From Mycobacterium sp. (GTDB lineage: Bacteria > Actinomycetota > Actinomycetes > Mycobacteriales > Mycobacteriaceae): a stretch of 64,000 bases of DNA. Each line of letters starts with the position of its first letter. Within the stretch, counting starts at the first letter, position 1. The position numbers were made by a program, and so were the translations under genes. Location of the stretch: positions 1,309-65,308 of the forward strand of contig DATBFF010000222.1 in assembly GCA_036558625.1 (NCBI GenBank), read 5' to 3'. This document shows, in pieces, positions 22,345 through 32,514 of this stretch. A model generated the notes under the pieces. That model searched no databases. It was not told where the DNA came from and saw only the letters and a program-made list of their open reading frames with translations.

Positions 22345-23949
22345 ATGAGAAGCGGGAAGCATGTTCGTCGCATCACCACACGGATGACGGTGGCGATCGC
22401 AACCGTGGTGCTGGTGGCGACGGCCACGGCCCTGTCGGGACTGCCGTCGAGGGTGTCGCCGCTTATTCAATTGTCCGCCGACTCGACCGCCTTGATCATG
22501 GGTGGGACCAGTGTCTCGACGCCCGACAACGCCTACATCGGAATTGTCATGAACCACTTCATCGCCCCGACGCATGCGGGCCAGACCATCACGCCGGTGG
22601 CGGTGACCACGCCCGAAGAGTTTTGGCCTGTCACCGGGATCGTCCGCCTCGGCGGAAGCGTGTTCGGCTCTCCGGGCATCTGGGGCCCCGGTAGCTCAGC
22701 GTGGCCGGATGAGCCGTGGTGGAAACTCTCGGGGCTCTTCGACCTCACCATAGATCGGTCAGTCCGGGCTGGGGTCGCCGATCTGGAGCAGGCGATGGCC
22801 AAGAACGCCAACGACGATCTGGTGATCTACGGCTACTCGCAAGGCGCGGTCATCGCTAACGCGGAGAAGCGCAAGCTCGCCGAACAGTACCCGGCAGGAA
22901 CCACCGCGCCCGACATCGACTTCGTGCTGAGCGGTGACCTCAATGTGCCTAACGGCGGTCTTCATGCCCGATTCCCGGGCCTTTACCTTCCGATCCTCAA
23001 TTGGACTTTCAACGGCCCCGAGCCGACCGATACCCAGTTCCACAGCGACGTCATCACTCGCCAGTACGACGGCTTGGCCGATTTCCCGTTGTATCCGCTC
23101 AACCTCGTCGCCGACCTGAACGCGCTTCTGGGCATCTTCTATGTGCACTTGAACGACTTCGACGTCAGCTTGGCTCCGGTTGCGTCGAAGTCGGCGGCGT
23201 TTCAGGGCACCCACGGCGATACAAGCTATTACTTCTTTCCGACTCAGGACTTACCGCTATTCGCACCGCTGCGCGCCCTGGGGGTGCCTGAGTCGGTGAT
23301 CGACGTGGTGGAGCCGTTCCTCCGGGTGCTCGTAGAACTGGGCTATGACCGCAGCATCCGGCCGTGGGTACCCACAGCTGCACGGCTGATCCCGAGGCTC
23401 GACCCGGCGAAGGTGATCACCGATCTCGTCAAGGCAATCGGCGAGGGCATCGACAACGCTCGAGCCCTCTTCGGGTTGCCCGCTCGGGTGAGCAAGTCCG
23501 CTCCGGCCACACTTGCGGCACCGGCCGAGGAAGCCGCGAGCACCGACATTTCGCGCCAGGTGACGTTGACGGACATCACGCCGCCGAACCTCCGGCGGAC
23601 TCAAACCGAACAGATGGGTTCGACGAAACGCGCGACCGGAAATGCGCCTGCGTCGGCGCTGACGGCACCTCGTGTTCCTTCGGCTTTGGCCCTCGCCTCG
23701 ACCACCGAGCGGGTGAAGCCGGCTTTGCGGCCAGTGACGCCTCGGCACATGGTGCGGGATTCGCTCGGCGCGACCGAGCAGCCACGCGGTTTTCCGCGCC
23801 GTCGCAATGGCCCGGCCACCTCGACCACCGGGACCACGGCTGCCGACCGAGTGACGTCAGCTGGATCGTCGTCAGCTTCTTCGCCGTTGGCTGGCAGAAC
23901 TTCCTCGGCCGGCGCTTCATCTGGCGGCGACGGCGGCGGTTCCAATTGA
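22345..23949 (+). CDS. PE-PPE domain serine hydrolase (signal peptide, no PE/PPE N-terminus)
   Basis: TALIMGGT, YGYSQGA, YDGLADFPLYPLNLVADLNALLGIFYVH, LVELGYDR; GGAGG before the ATG. Confidence 0.88.
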   Translation: MRSGKHVRRITTRMTVAIATVVLVATATALSGLPSRVSPLIQLSADSTALIMGGTSVSTPDNAYIGIVMNHFIAPTHAGQTITPVAVTTPEEFWPVTGIVRLGGSVFGSPGIWGPGSSAWPDEPWWKLSGLFDLTIDRSVRAGVADLEQAMAKNANDDLVIYGYSQGAVIANAEKRKLAEQYPAGTTAPDIDFVLSGDLNVPNGGLHARFPGLYLPILNWTFNGPEPTDTQFHSDVITRQYDGLADFPLYPLNLVADLNALLGIFYVHLNDFDVSLAPVASKSAAFQGTHGDTSYYFFPTQDLPLFAPLRALGVPESVIDVVEPFLRVLVELGYDRSIRPWVPTAARLIPRLDPAKVITDLVKAIGEGIDNARALFGLPARVSKSAPATLAAPAEEAASTDISRQVTLTDITPPNLRRTQTEQMGSTKRATGNAPASALTAPRVPSALALASTTERVKPALRPVTPRHMVRDSLGATEQPRGFPRRRNGPATSTTGTTAADRVTSAGSSSASSPLAGRTSSAGASSGGDGGGSN

Positions 23950-23950
23950 T

Positions 23951-26900
23951 TTAAGGGCGACCGTCGACCATCGCCTCGGCCCATTCGATGTGTCCTTCGA
24001 AGCCAAGCGATTTCGCCATGGCGCGGTAGCGATCCCGGTAATCCCGGTAGTCCATCTCATCGCCGCGGGCACGGGCTAGCAGGGCATGCAGCCGCAGCAG
24101 CCAGATGTCGCGCACAACTGACCCGTCGTCTGCTGGCGCGGCCGCTAGCCGCTCGATAGCGGCCTCGGCTTCGGCCACATCCGCCCCGGCGCCGCGTTCG
24201 AGCAGCGTCTCCACCAGGACACCCGTCGCAGGGATTCCCCACGAGAGCAGCTGGCCCTCGCGAACCAGGTCGTCGATGGCCGCGCGCATGAGCGCTATCG
24301 CCTCCTCGCGATCTCCACGCCGAGCCAACTCACGCCCCAAGTACGTGTTGACGGACCGTAACTCGCTCAGGTTGTGTCCCCGTCGTTCGAACATGTCGCT
24401 GATCTCCGCCAGCAGCTGCTGTCCGCGGTCTCGCTCGGCGTCCGTGTGGCGGTGCACTAGCGCAAGGGCCAGAATCGCCCGGTCGAAGGCCACCGCCATA
24501 TCATCACCGGATCGTTCGGCAATCCGTAGCGCATCCTCGATCTCGCGCAGGGCCGCATCATCAACAGCCAGTACGCCAAACGGTATTCCCGGGAAGTAGA
24601 CATAGGCGACAACCGTGGCATACGAAAACGGGTCGACGCTGCGGGCCATGGCCAGGCCGTGCCGCACGTCGTCGCGCCATCCGGGACGACCCAGGCAATA
24701 CCGGCCGATAGCCCTCGTCGTACAGGCGAGAGCTAGCGGAGACCCGATCATCAGGTTCCCTTTAGAAGGATCGCCGTCGGCGAGGTCGATGGCCCGCTGC
24801 GACCACCGCAGCACGTCGCACCACTCACCGCTGTGAGCCTTGGCGTAGATCACCGGGAAGGACAGCCCCACCGTCAGAGTCGCATCGCCGAGCGACTCGA
24901 CGAGCGCCCACGCTTCCGATGCCAGCTGCGACGCCTCGCGGTTCCGGCCTTGGAATCCTCGGTCTATCACCAGCCCTGCCATGCCGATGGCCAGTGAAGC
25001 CTTGTCCTCGGCGGCGGCGCACAACTCCCGCAATTCATCAATCCGATTGCCTGCCACGTTTGCGTGGAGTCTCCAGGCGATCCCGCACAGCATCGTCCGG
25101 GGTGCGACGCGCATCGCTGTCCGGTTCGCGTCTTCGGTTGGCAGCGTGTCGGCGATCGCTTGGGCGCGCTCCCAACTTTGTCGCGCCGCGGCGATGTCGC
25201 GGTATGTCGCCCACGTGGCGGCGCGCATATGCCACTGATACGCGGCGTGCAGATCCTCGGCGGCCTCCAGATGTTCGGCAATCAAAGCCGCGTTCTCCTC
25301 TGCCGCCGCGGGGTCACGTGATTCGATTGCGACCGCGACGCGTCGGTGGAGTTCGGCACGATCGGATTTGAGCTGGGATTCGTAGGCCACGGCGCGAATC
25401 AGCGGGTGCCTGAAGGCATATTCGGCGTGCGGGGTGAACCGCACCTGATCGATCAGTTCCGCGTCCAGCAATTCGTCAACCGCTGCGTCGACGCCCACCG
25501 CGGCGAGCAGCCGCGTGTCGAAGCGGGCCCCGATCACCGATGCCGCGTTCAATGTTCGCTTGGCCGGGGCGGTCAGCCGGTCGATGCGGGCCTCGATGGC
25601 CGCCTGCACCGTTTCCGGCACGGTCAGCTCGGCGACGTCGGCGCGACAAACGTAGTCGCCGTGCTCACCGGTCAGCACGCCGCGTTGTACCAATTCGCGC
25701 ACCATCTCCTCGGCGAAGAACGGATTGCCGGCGGCACGTTCGGCGATGATTGTCATAAGCTCGCCGACCGAGGGATCCGAACCCAGCAGCGCCGAGAGCA
25801 GGGCAGCGGTGTCCGAATCACCCAGTGGGGCAAGCGCGATCGTCTGACCGCCGTGCACCCGGGTCAGCGCGCCTTCATATTCGGGACGGTAAGTGATCAG
25901 CACCATCGACGGCGTACGCGGAATCACGGTGAGCAAGTCGGCCACCATCGACTCGCTGACCTCGTCGATCCAGTGGGTGTCCTCGATGATGTAGAGCACC
26001 GGTTCGGTGCGTGCCAGCGTCACCGAGTTCAGCAGCGCGGTTAACCGCCGCCGCCGCGCATCGGGGTCGATCTGGGGCAGCGCCACATCCGGATCGGCGA
26101 TGCCCAGCAGATCATCGAGCAGCAGCAGATCCTGCGGGTCGGCGTCGGGGACCTGTTCGTGGGCGCGAGCGCGGGCAGCTTGGTCATCGAGGTCGACGAC
26201 GCCGCTAGCCGTGCGCAGCAGCCGCGTGACCACGTCGAAGGCAATGTCGCTGGCGTGGGATTCGCAGTAGGTCCAATACACCTCGGCGCCGCGAGCCGCC
26301 GCCAATGCTGCGGCCTCGCGGGCCACCCGAGACTTGCCGATACCGGGCGGTCCCACCACATTCACCACGCCACCGTTACCGCCGGTCGTGGCGCCCACCA
26401 AAGCTTCGAGGGCGGCCATCTCCCAGCGCCGGCCGACCAGGCTGGCCTCGGTGCGCCCAATCAGCGCACGCCGCGGGCCGATGGCCACCAGCCGGCGAGC
26501 CCGCACCGGCTCATCGGAGCCCTTGATGCGCACCCACTGCGGGTCAGAGAGCACGACGCTGTCTTCGACCAGCCGGGCGGTCGACTCCGAGAGCATCACC
26601 GCGCCTGCGGGCGCTACCGATTCCATCCGCTGCGCGAACCCGACGTGCCGCCCGGTCGCTGCGTAGCCCAAGGATCCCGAGCCGATATCGCCGGCGATCA
26701 CGCGGCCCGAATTCAGCCCGACCCGTACTTGCAGCGCCACCTCGTCACGCCGCTGTATTTCGGTGGCCAACTGCTTCATCTCGTCCTGGATGGCCAAAGC
26801 GGCCACACATGCCCGAAAAGCGTGGTCCTCCAAGGCCGTTGGGGCGCCGAATAGCGCCATCACCCCATCGCCGGTGTACTCGACGCGCCCGCCGCCGTAG

Positions 26901-27220
26901 CGCTCGACCACTGCCGCCGACCGCTCCACGAGTTCGCCCATGATTTCGCGGTACCGCTCCGAATCGAGGATTGCCGCGAGGTCCATGGAGCGCACCACAT
27001 CGGCGAAAAGCACTGTCACCTGTTTGTACTCAGCCGAACGGCTCGCCTGTGTGAGTCGCGCACCGCACTCGCTACAGTACTTGCCCGTCGAACTTGAACG
27101 TGCGCCGCAGGAACCACAGATCAGCCGCGTCGCGGCCAGTCCATCGCCACCATCCCGGCTGGCACCCACGGCACCTATCGTTTCACCGCTGATCAGCGAT
27201 GTCTGCCGTATCGCCGCCAT
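23951..27220 (-). CDS. Zinc ribbon - class III nucleotide cyclase - AAA ATPase - helical/TPR-like protein (copy A)
   Basis: CGSC..CSEC, VTVLFADV, EYTGDG, RVGLNSG, VGFAQRMES, GPPGIGKS, IIEDTHWID. ORF track extends to 27229. Confidence 0.9.
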   Translation of the reverse strand: MAAIRQTSLISGETIGAVGASRDGGDGLAATRLICGSCGARSSSTGKYCSECGARLTQASRSAEYKQVTVLFADVVRSMDLAAILDSERYREIMGELVERSAAVVERYGGGRVEYTGDGVMALFGAPTALEDHAFRACVAALAIQDEMKQLATEIQRRDEVALQVRVGLNSGRVIAGDIGSGSLGYAATGRHVGFAQRMESVAPAGAVMLSESTARLVEDSVVLSDPQWVRIKGSDEPVRARRLVAIGPRRALIGRTEASLVGRRWEMAALEALVGATTGGNGGVVNVVGPPGIGKSRVAREAAALAAARGAEVYWTYCESHASDIAFDVVTRLLRTASGVVDLDDQAARARAHEQVPDADPQDLLLLDDLLGIADPDVALPQIDPDARRRRLTALLNSVTLARTEPVLYIIEDTHWIDEVSESMVADLLTVIPRTPSMVLITYRPEYEGALTRVHGGQTIALAPLGDSDTAALLSALLGSDPSVGELMTIIAERAAGNPFFAEEMVRELVQRGVLTGEHGDYVCRADVAELTVPETVQAAIEARIDRLTAPAKRTLNAASVIGARFDTRLLAAVGVDAAVDELLDAELIDQVRFTPHAEYAFRHPLIRAVAYESQLKSDRAELHRRVAVAIESRDPAAAEENAALIAEHLEAAEDLHAAYQWHMRAATWATYRDIAAARQSWERAQAIADTLPTEDANRTAMRVAPRTMLCGIAWRLHANVAGNRIDELRELCAAAEDKASLAIGMAGLVIDRGFQGRNREASQLASEAWALVESLGDATLTVGLSFPVIYAKAHSGEWCDVLRWSQRAIDLADGDPSKGNLMIGSPLALACTTRAIGRYCLGRPGWRDDVRHGLAMARSVDPFSYATVVAYVYFPGIPFGVLAVDDAALREIEDALRIAERSGDDMAVAFDRAILALALVHRHTDAERDRGQQLLAEISDMFERRGHNLSELRSVNTYLGRELARRGDREEAIALMRAAIDDLVREGQLLSWGIPATGVLVETLLERGAGADVAEAEAAIERLAAAPADDGSVVRDIWLLRLHALLARARGDEMDYRDYRDRYRAMAKSLGFEGHIEWAEAMVDGRP

Positions 27221-27462
27221 TCGACACAAACTTTCGAGGCTCTCATGCCGGGGTGCACCCGGACTTCCTCTCGCGCCGGGGCGCTTGCGGCAAAGAAGCT
27301 GCTGACCGCTGCAGCGAGGCGCTCCAGATGACCCTCGAGTGGAGATGTCAAGGTGCCAAAGCCTGCGGATCGGCAGGCAACCGCTCAGAGCGGTCCGCCA
27401 GCCGAGTCACGATGCGGCTCTGCATCACCGATAGCCGATCCGCTAAACCGGTGATGCCCCGA

Positions 27463-30400
27463 CTATTTACCGCCCTCGGTCATGTTTTCGGCCCAGTCGA
27501 TGTGTCCTTCGAAGCCGAGCGATTTCGCCATCGCGCGGTAGCGATCCCGGTAATCCCGGTAATTCATCTCATCGCCACGAGCCCGAGAGAGCAGCGCGCG
27601 CAGCCGCAGCAAGGTTATTGCGAGCACCGCCGAATCATGCTCTGCGGCAACGTTCGCCATCCAGTCGATCGCCTCTTGAGCTTCGGTCAGATCGCCTTCG
27701 GCGGCGCGGTCCAGCAGCGTCTCCATCAAGACACCGGTGGCCCACACGCCATAGAAGGGGTATCCCTGGCGCAGCTCGTCGACGGCTTGACGCATCGCCG
27801 CTATGGCAGCATCGTGGTCGCCGCGCCTGGCCGTTTCGCGGGCGGCCCACACGTCGGTGACCGGTAGGAGGAAGAAGATCTGCCTGCGCAGCCATAGCTC
27901 GCGGGTCTGCATCATCAGTTCAAGCCCGCGGTGACGGTCGGCCGCGTCGTCCTGACTCAGTAGGCTGACAGCCAACGTGTAACCGGCCAAGCCCAGCGCT
28001 CGATCGCTACTGGCTCTTTGGGCGGTCTGCACCGCATCCTCGCTGGCGCGCAGCAGCGAGTCATCAGCCCGAAGCACCCCGTATTGCATCGCGAAACCGT
28101 AGGTCCAGGCGATGGCCCCGGAGAGGGTTTCCGCGTTGCTGCGTCGGGCCATCGCGACGGCGTCGTGGAGGTCTTCACGCCATCCGGCACGGCCCAGACA
28201 CCACCGAGCGGTGCCGCGCCATCCCAACGCGATCGCGAGCGGTGATGCCACGCCGTAGCCGGCGCCCTTGACGGGGTCACCGGCTGCCAGGTCGACCATG
28301 GTCTGCGACCACCGCAAGACTTCGCCGAATTCCAGGACACCGTGCCAGCTGCAGAAGGTTACGGCCGCCAACCCCATGGTCGGGGTGGGATCGCCGATCG
28401 ACTCGAGTAGCGCCATCTGTTGGGATGACAACTGCGCGGCCTCACGCGCGCGCCCCGCGTACATGAGCTCGGTGGCGGGCCCGCTCATGCCGATGGCCAG
28501 CGAGACCTTGTCCCCAGCCGCAATGCACAACTCCTGCAGCTCCGCGAACCGGCCCCGGCTCTCGTGGATCGCTCGCGCTTGAAAGTCGGTGGCACACAGC
28601 ATGGTGCGGGGAGCGATCCGCATCGACAGTTGGTCGGGGTCGTCGGCAGGCAGCAGATCGGCGATCCGGAGTGCACGCTCCCAGCTGCTCCGGGCGGCGT
28701 TCAGATCGCGGTTGGTGGACCACGCACCGGCACGCATATGCCAGCCATACGCCGCGTGCAGTTCACCCGCAGCCTGCAGATGTTCGGCGATCAGCGCAGC
28801 GTTCTCCTCGACTGACCCCGGCGCACGCTCTTGAATTGCGGCGGCCAGACGTCGGTGCCACTCGGCGCGATCGGAATTCAGCTGTGATTCGTAGGCCACC
28901 GCGCGGATCAGCGGGTGCCGGAACGCGTACTCGGCACTTGCGGTGAAGCGCACCTGCTCGATCAGCTCCGCGTCGAGCAGCTCATCGAACATCGCATCGC
29001 TGCCCAACGCGGACAGCAGCTCCGCCGCGAATCGGACTCCAATCACCGACGCCGCGTTCAACGTCCGTCTGGCAGGGGCGCTCAGCCGGTCGATGCGCGC
29101 GTCAATGGCCGCCGCCACAGTGGCGGGCACGCTCACCTCGGCGACATCCTCGCGACAGGTGTGGCCGCCGCGTTCACCGGCGAGTACGCCGCGCTGGACC
29201 ATCTCGCGCACCATCTCCTCGGCGAAAAACGGGTTCCCGGCGGCCCGCTCGGCGATGACCGCCACGAGTTCGCGAACCGAGGGATCCGACCCCAGCAGTT
29301 CACCGAGCAGCGCGTTGATGTCCGTATCGCCCAGTGGGCCAAGCGCTATCGTCTGCGCACCATGCACCCGCAGCAGCGCGCCCTCGTACTCGGGGCGGGA
29401 GGTGATCAACACCATCGACGCCGTGTGCGGGATCACGGCCAGGAAGTCGGCCAGCATTGACTCGCTGACCGCATCGATCCAGTGTGCATCCTCGATGATG
29501 AACAGCGCCGGTTTGCTTCGGGCCAGCGCGCGCGTGTTGATCAGTGCGGTCAACCTGCGCCGTCGGACGTCCGGGTCCATCTGGGGCAGAGACACATTCG
29601 GGTCGGCGATGCCCAGCAGGTCATCGAACAGGAGCAGATCTTGCGGATCGGCATCCGGAATCTGCTGTCGCACTCTTGCGCGGGCGGCTTGGTCGTCGAG
29701 GTCGGTCAAATCGTTGCCTGCGCGCAGCAGCCTGGTGACGGCATGGAATGGAATGTCGCGAGCATGCGATTCGCAGAACCCCCAGAACACCTCCGCCCCA
29801 CGACTGGCAGCCAAGGCGGCGGACTCCCGGGCCAATCGGCTTTTGCCGATGCCCGGCGGTCCCACCACATTCACCACACCACCACGCCGACCAATCGCGC
29901 GCTCCAGCATCGCGTCGAGAGCCGCCATTTCCCAATGCCGACCGACCAGGCTCGCCTCGGTGCGTCTGACCAAACCATCGCGCGGGTTGATCGACAGCAG
30001 CCGTTGCGCGCGAATCGGCCCGTCGGCGCCTTTGATATGCACCCATTCCGGTTCAGCCAAAATGACGGTGTGCTCGACCAGCTGCGCGGTCGCCTCCGAA
30101 AGCATCACCCCAGCCGGCGGCGCCGCAGACTCCATCCGCTGTGCAAACCCGACCGTCTCGCCCGTCGCGGCGTACCTGGGCGATCCCGTACCGACCTGAC
30201 CGACGATCACCCGACCCGAATTCAGGCCGACTCGCAACTCCAGGGCCACGCCATCGGTGCACTGAACCTTCTTAGCCAAACCATCTGCTTCTTCCTGGAT
30301 AGCCAGGGCGGCCAGGCATGCCCGGAAAGCATGATCCTCCAAGGCAATCGGGGCGCCGAACAACACCATCAATCCGTCGCCGGTGAACTCCACGGTCCCG

Positions 30401-30729
30401 CCGCCGTAGCGGCGCGCCACCGCGGCCGAGCGCTCCACCAGCTCAGTGATGACCTCCCGCAGCCGCTCGATATCCAGGACGGCTGCAAGGTCCATCGAAC
30501 GCACCACATCGGCGAACAACACCGTCACCTGCTTGTACTCCGACGAACGGGTTGCCTGTGTGAGTTGCGAACCGCACTCGCTACAGAACTTGCCCGTCGA
30601 ACTCGAATGCGCGCCGCAGGAACCGCAGATCAGCCCTGTCGCGGCGAGTCCTTCGCCGCCATCCCGGCTGGCACCCACGGCACTTATCGTTTCACCGCTG
30701 GACAGTGATATCTGGCGTATCGCCGCCAT
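27463..30729 (-). CDS. Zinc ribbon - class III nucleotide cyclase - AAA ATPase - helical/TPR-like protein (copy B)
   Basis: Same architecture: VTVLFADV, EFTGDG, VGFAQRMES, GPPGIGKS, IIEDAHWID; shared C-terminus YRDYRDRYRAMAKSLGFEGHI. ORF track extends to 30738. Confidence 0.9.
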   Translation of the reverse strand: MAAIRQISLSSGETISAVGASRDGGEGLAATGLICGSCGAHSSSTGKFCSECGSQLTQATRSSEYKQVTVLFADVVRSMDLAAVLDIERLREVITELVERSAAVARRYGGGTVEFTGDGLMVLFGAPIALEDHAFRACLAALAIQEEADGLAKKVQCTDGVALELRVGLNSGRVIVGQVGTGSPRYAATGETVGFAQRMESAAPPAGVMLSEATAQLVEHTVILAEPEWVHIKGADGPIRAQRLLSINPRDGLVRRTEASLVGRHWEMAALDAMLERAIGRRGGVVNVVGPPGIGKSRLARESAALAASRGAEVFWGFCESHARDIPFHAVTRLLRAGNDLTDLDDQAARARVRQQIPDADPQDLLLFDDLLGIADPNVSLPQMDPDVRRRRLTALINTRALARSKPALFIIEDAHWIDAVSESMLADFLAVIPHTASMVLITSRPEYEGALLRVHGAQTIALGPLGDTDINALLGELLGSDPSVRELVAVIAERAAGNPFFAEEMVREMVQRGVLAGERGGHTCREDVAEVSVPATVAAAIDARIDRLSAPARRTLNAASVIGVRFAAELLSALGSDAMFDELLDAELIEQVRFTASAEYAFRHPLIRAVAYESQLNSDRAEWHRRLAAAIQERAPGSVEENAALIAEHLQAAGELHAAYGWHMRAGAWSTNRDLNAARSSWERALRIADLLPADDPDQLSMRIAPRTMLCATDFQARAIHESRGRFAELQELCIAAGDKVSLAIGMSGPATELMYAGRAREAAQLSSQQMALLESIGDPTPTMGLAAVTFCSWHGVLEFGEVLRWSQTMVDLAAGDPVKGAGYGVASPLAIALGWRGTARWCLGRAGWREDLHDAVAMARRSNAETLSGAIAWTYGFAMQYGVLRADDSLLRASEDAVQTAQRASSDRALGLAGYTLAVSLLSQDDAADRHRGLELMMQTRELWLRRQIFFLLPVTDVWAARETARRGDHDAAIAAMRQAVDELRQGYPFYGVWATGVLMETLLDRAAEGDLTEAQEAIDWMANVAAEHDSAVLAITLLRLRALLSRARGDEMNYRDYRDRYRAMAKSLGFEGHIDWAENMTEGGK

Positions 30730-30831
30730 CTTCGACACGAACTTTCCAGATTCTCGTAAGTGGTCTGAATCGAGACCGATCGTTTCGAGTGTTCAGATCG
30801 ATCGGCCGATCCGGACACGGTGCCAGCTGCC

Positions 30832-32286
30832 TCAGCCCGCTGATAGCTTCAGCACCCGATGATTGTGGTTGTCGGCTATATACACGTTGCCTGCACCATC
30901 TACTGCTAAGCCGATGGGACGGTTGAGTCCGGCGATGGGCAGGTCCCTCTGAGGTGCCGTCCCGCCGCGCAATATCAGCATCCGACTCGGTAAGGAATTG
31001 CTGTTGTCGTACGTACCCACGCCGTCGGCCACGTAGACGTTTCCGGAGTCATCTACGGCCACACCCGTCGGTTTGTGAAGTCCGGTGAAGGGAAGTTCGA
31101 TCTGCGGAGCCCTTCCACGTGACAACATCAACACCCGTGAATGGCGTTCGTCGCTGACGTATACGTCGCCCCTACTGGTCAGAGCTATCCAGGACGGCCA
31201 ATCCAGGCCGGTGAACGGTAGTTCGTCCTGCGGGCCTTTTCCCGCAGTTAATTTGAGTACGCGGTTGTTGCCCACGTCGACGACGAAAATATCGCCGGCA
31301 TCATCGAGGGCGATCCCGGCGGGATAGTTGAGCCCCGCGAACGGCAGTTCGATCTGCGGGCCTGATCCGCCCGGCAACTCGAGAACACGGTTGTTGTTGC
31401 AATCGGTGACATACACATTGCCCGCGTCATCCACCGCCACGCCATTTGGGTTGCTGAGTCCCGTGAACGCGAGCTCGGTCTGTGGTCCTGAGCCGCCAGC
31501 CAACTTCAACACCCGCTTGCTTGCAAAGTCTGTCACGTAGATGTTGCCTGCCCGATCCACGGCGACTCCGACGGGGTCAGTCAGGCCAGTGATCGGCAGC
31601 TCGGTAACCTTCGGCTCAGATAACTTGTTGTTGGACGGCTCTTTTCGTGCGGTACTGACGACCGCCACGACTGATACAGCGATGATGAGTAGAACGATTG
31701 CCGAAGCTGCCGCCAATGCGCTGCGACGACGCCACCATGGGCGCGTCGGGACCGAAGGACCCGAATGGTCTGCTTGCCCAGAAGCTGGGACTGGTGGCGC
31801 CGCACGATCTGCCGATCCGCCGGATTTGGCTCGCTCAACATCGGTGCGCGGGATGTTTTCAGAACCGGTGCCGGCTGACGGACGAGAGCCGACGAAGGTC
31901 TTGACCGCAGTCGCAAGTCGCTCGAGATGGCTTTCAAGTGGCGGAGTCATCGCATCAAGCCAGTGGGGTGTCCCGAGGAAGTACTCCAGGCCGCGCTCGG
32001 GGGCAACATCTTCGATGCGGAACGGGATCAGCACAGTTTCAGCGTTCACTGCTCGTTCGACCTCACGTTTGATCTGGGGCGAAGCGTTGGCGTGCTGACT
32101 GAACACAAGCACCATGACGCGGGACGAACGGATCGCATCGACGATGGCCTCTCCCCAGTCTTGGCCAGGTACGACGTCGCGCGGCGCGATCCAGCAGCGA
32201 ATGCCGTCGGCTTCCAAAGTGGCGCATACCGCATCGGCTGCCGGCTTGTCGTGGTGCGAGTAGCTGATGAACACGTCATGTGCCAC
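30832..32286 (-). CDS. TIR domain - transmembrane helix - six NHL-repeat beta-propeller protein
   Basis: TIR: DVFISYSHHD..CWIAPRDVVPGQDW..IKREV; TM ALAAASAIVLLIIAVSVVAVV after RPWWRRR; six LPFTGL..P.GVAVD..GNVYV.D..N.RVLKL repeats. Confidence 0.9.
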   Translation of the reverse strand: MAHDVFISYSHHDKPAADAVCATLEADGIRCWIAPRDVVPGQDWGEAIVDAIRSSRVMVLVFSQHANASPQIKREVERAVNAETVLIPFRIEDVAPERGLEYFLGTPHWLDAMTPPLESHLERLATAVKTFVGSRPSAGTGSENIPRTDVERAKSGGSADRAAPPVPASGQADHSGPSVPTRPWWRRRSALAAASAIVLLIIAVSVVAVVSTARKEPSNNKLSEPKVTELPITGLTDPVGVAVDRAGNIYVTDFASKRVLKLAGGSGPQTELAFTGLSNPNGVAVDDAGNVYVTDCNNNRVLELPGGSGPQIELPFAGLNYPAGIALDDAGDIFVVDVGNNRVLKLTAGKGPQDELPFTGLDWPSWIALTSRGDVYVSDERHSRVLMLSRGRAPQIELPFTGLHKPTGVAVDDSGNVYVADGVGTYDNSNSLPSRMLILRGGTAPQRDLPIAGLNRPIGLAVDGAGNVYIADNHNHRVLKLSAG

Positions 32287-32514
32287 GGCTGAATCCCCCG
32301 TTTGTAGCTTCGCCTCACACTTGTCGCGACCACACAGCGGTCACTCAGGAAGCTAACGCATAGGGGCCGCTACCGGCGCGAAACTTGACGATCATTCCGA
32401 TCAGGCGAGACGGCTGCGAAAGCCTCAGATCGTCGTTATCGTTCTGTCCTCTACGACGAGAGCACGGGCGCGGGCCGCGAGCTCTGGGCGACATGGAATG
32501 TGATCAGGAGTGAC

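Noticed and set aside
27230-27462. Gene between the two cyclases (part of ORF 27199-27867)
   Set aside because: Mostly antisense to cyclase B with no domain signal; treated as intergenic.
30832-32286. Calling the TIR/cyclase locus Pycsar, Thoeris or CBASS
   Set aside because: No cNMP-binding domain, ThsA (SIR2/Macro) or CD-NTase is recognisable; only component-level similarity.
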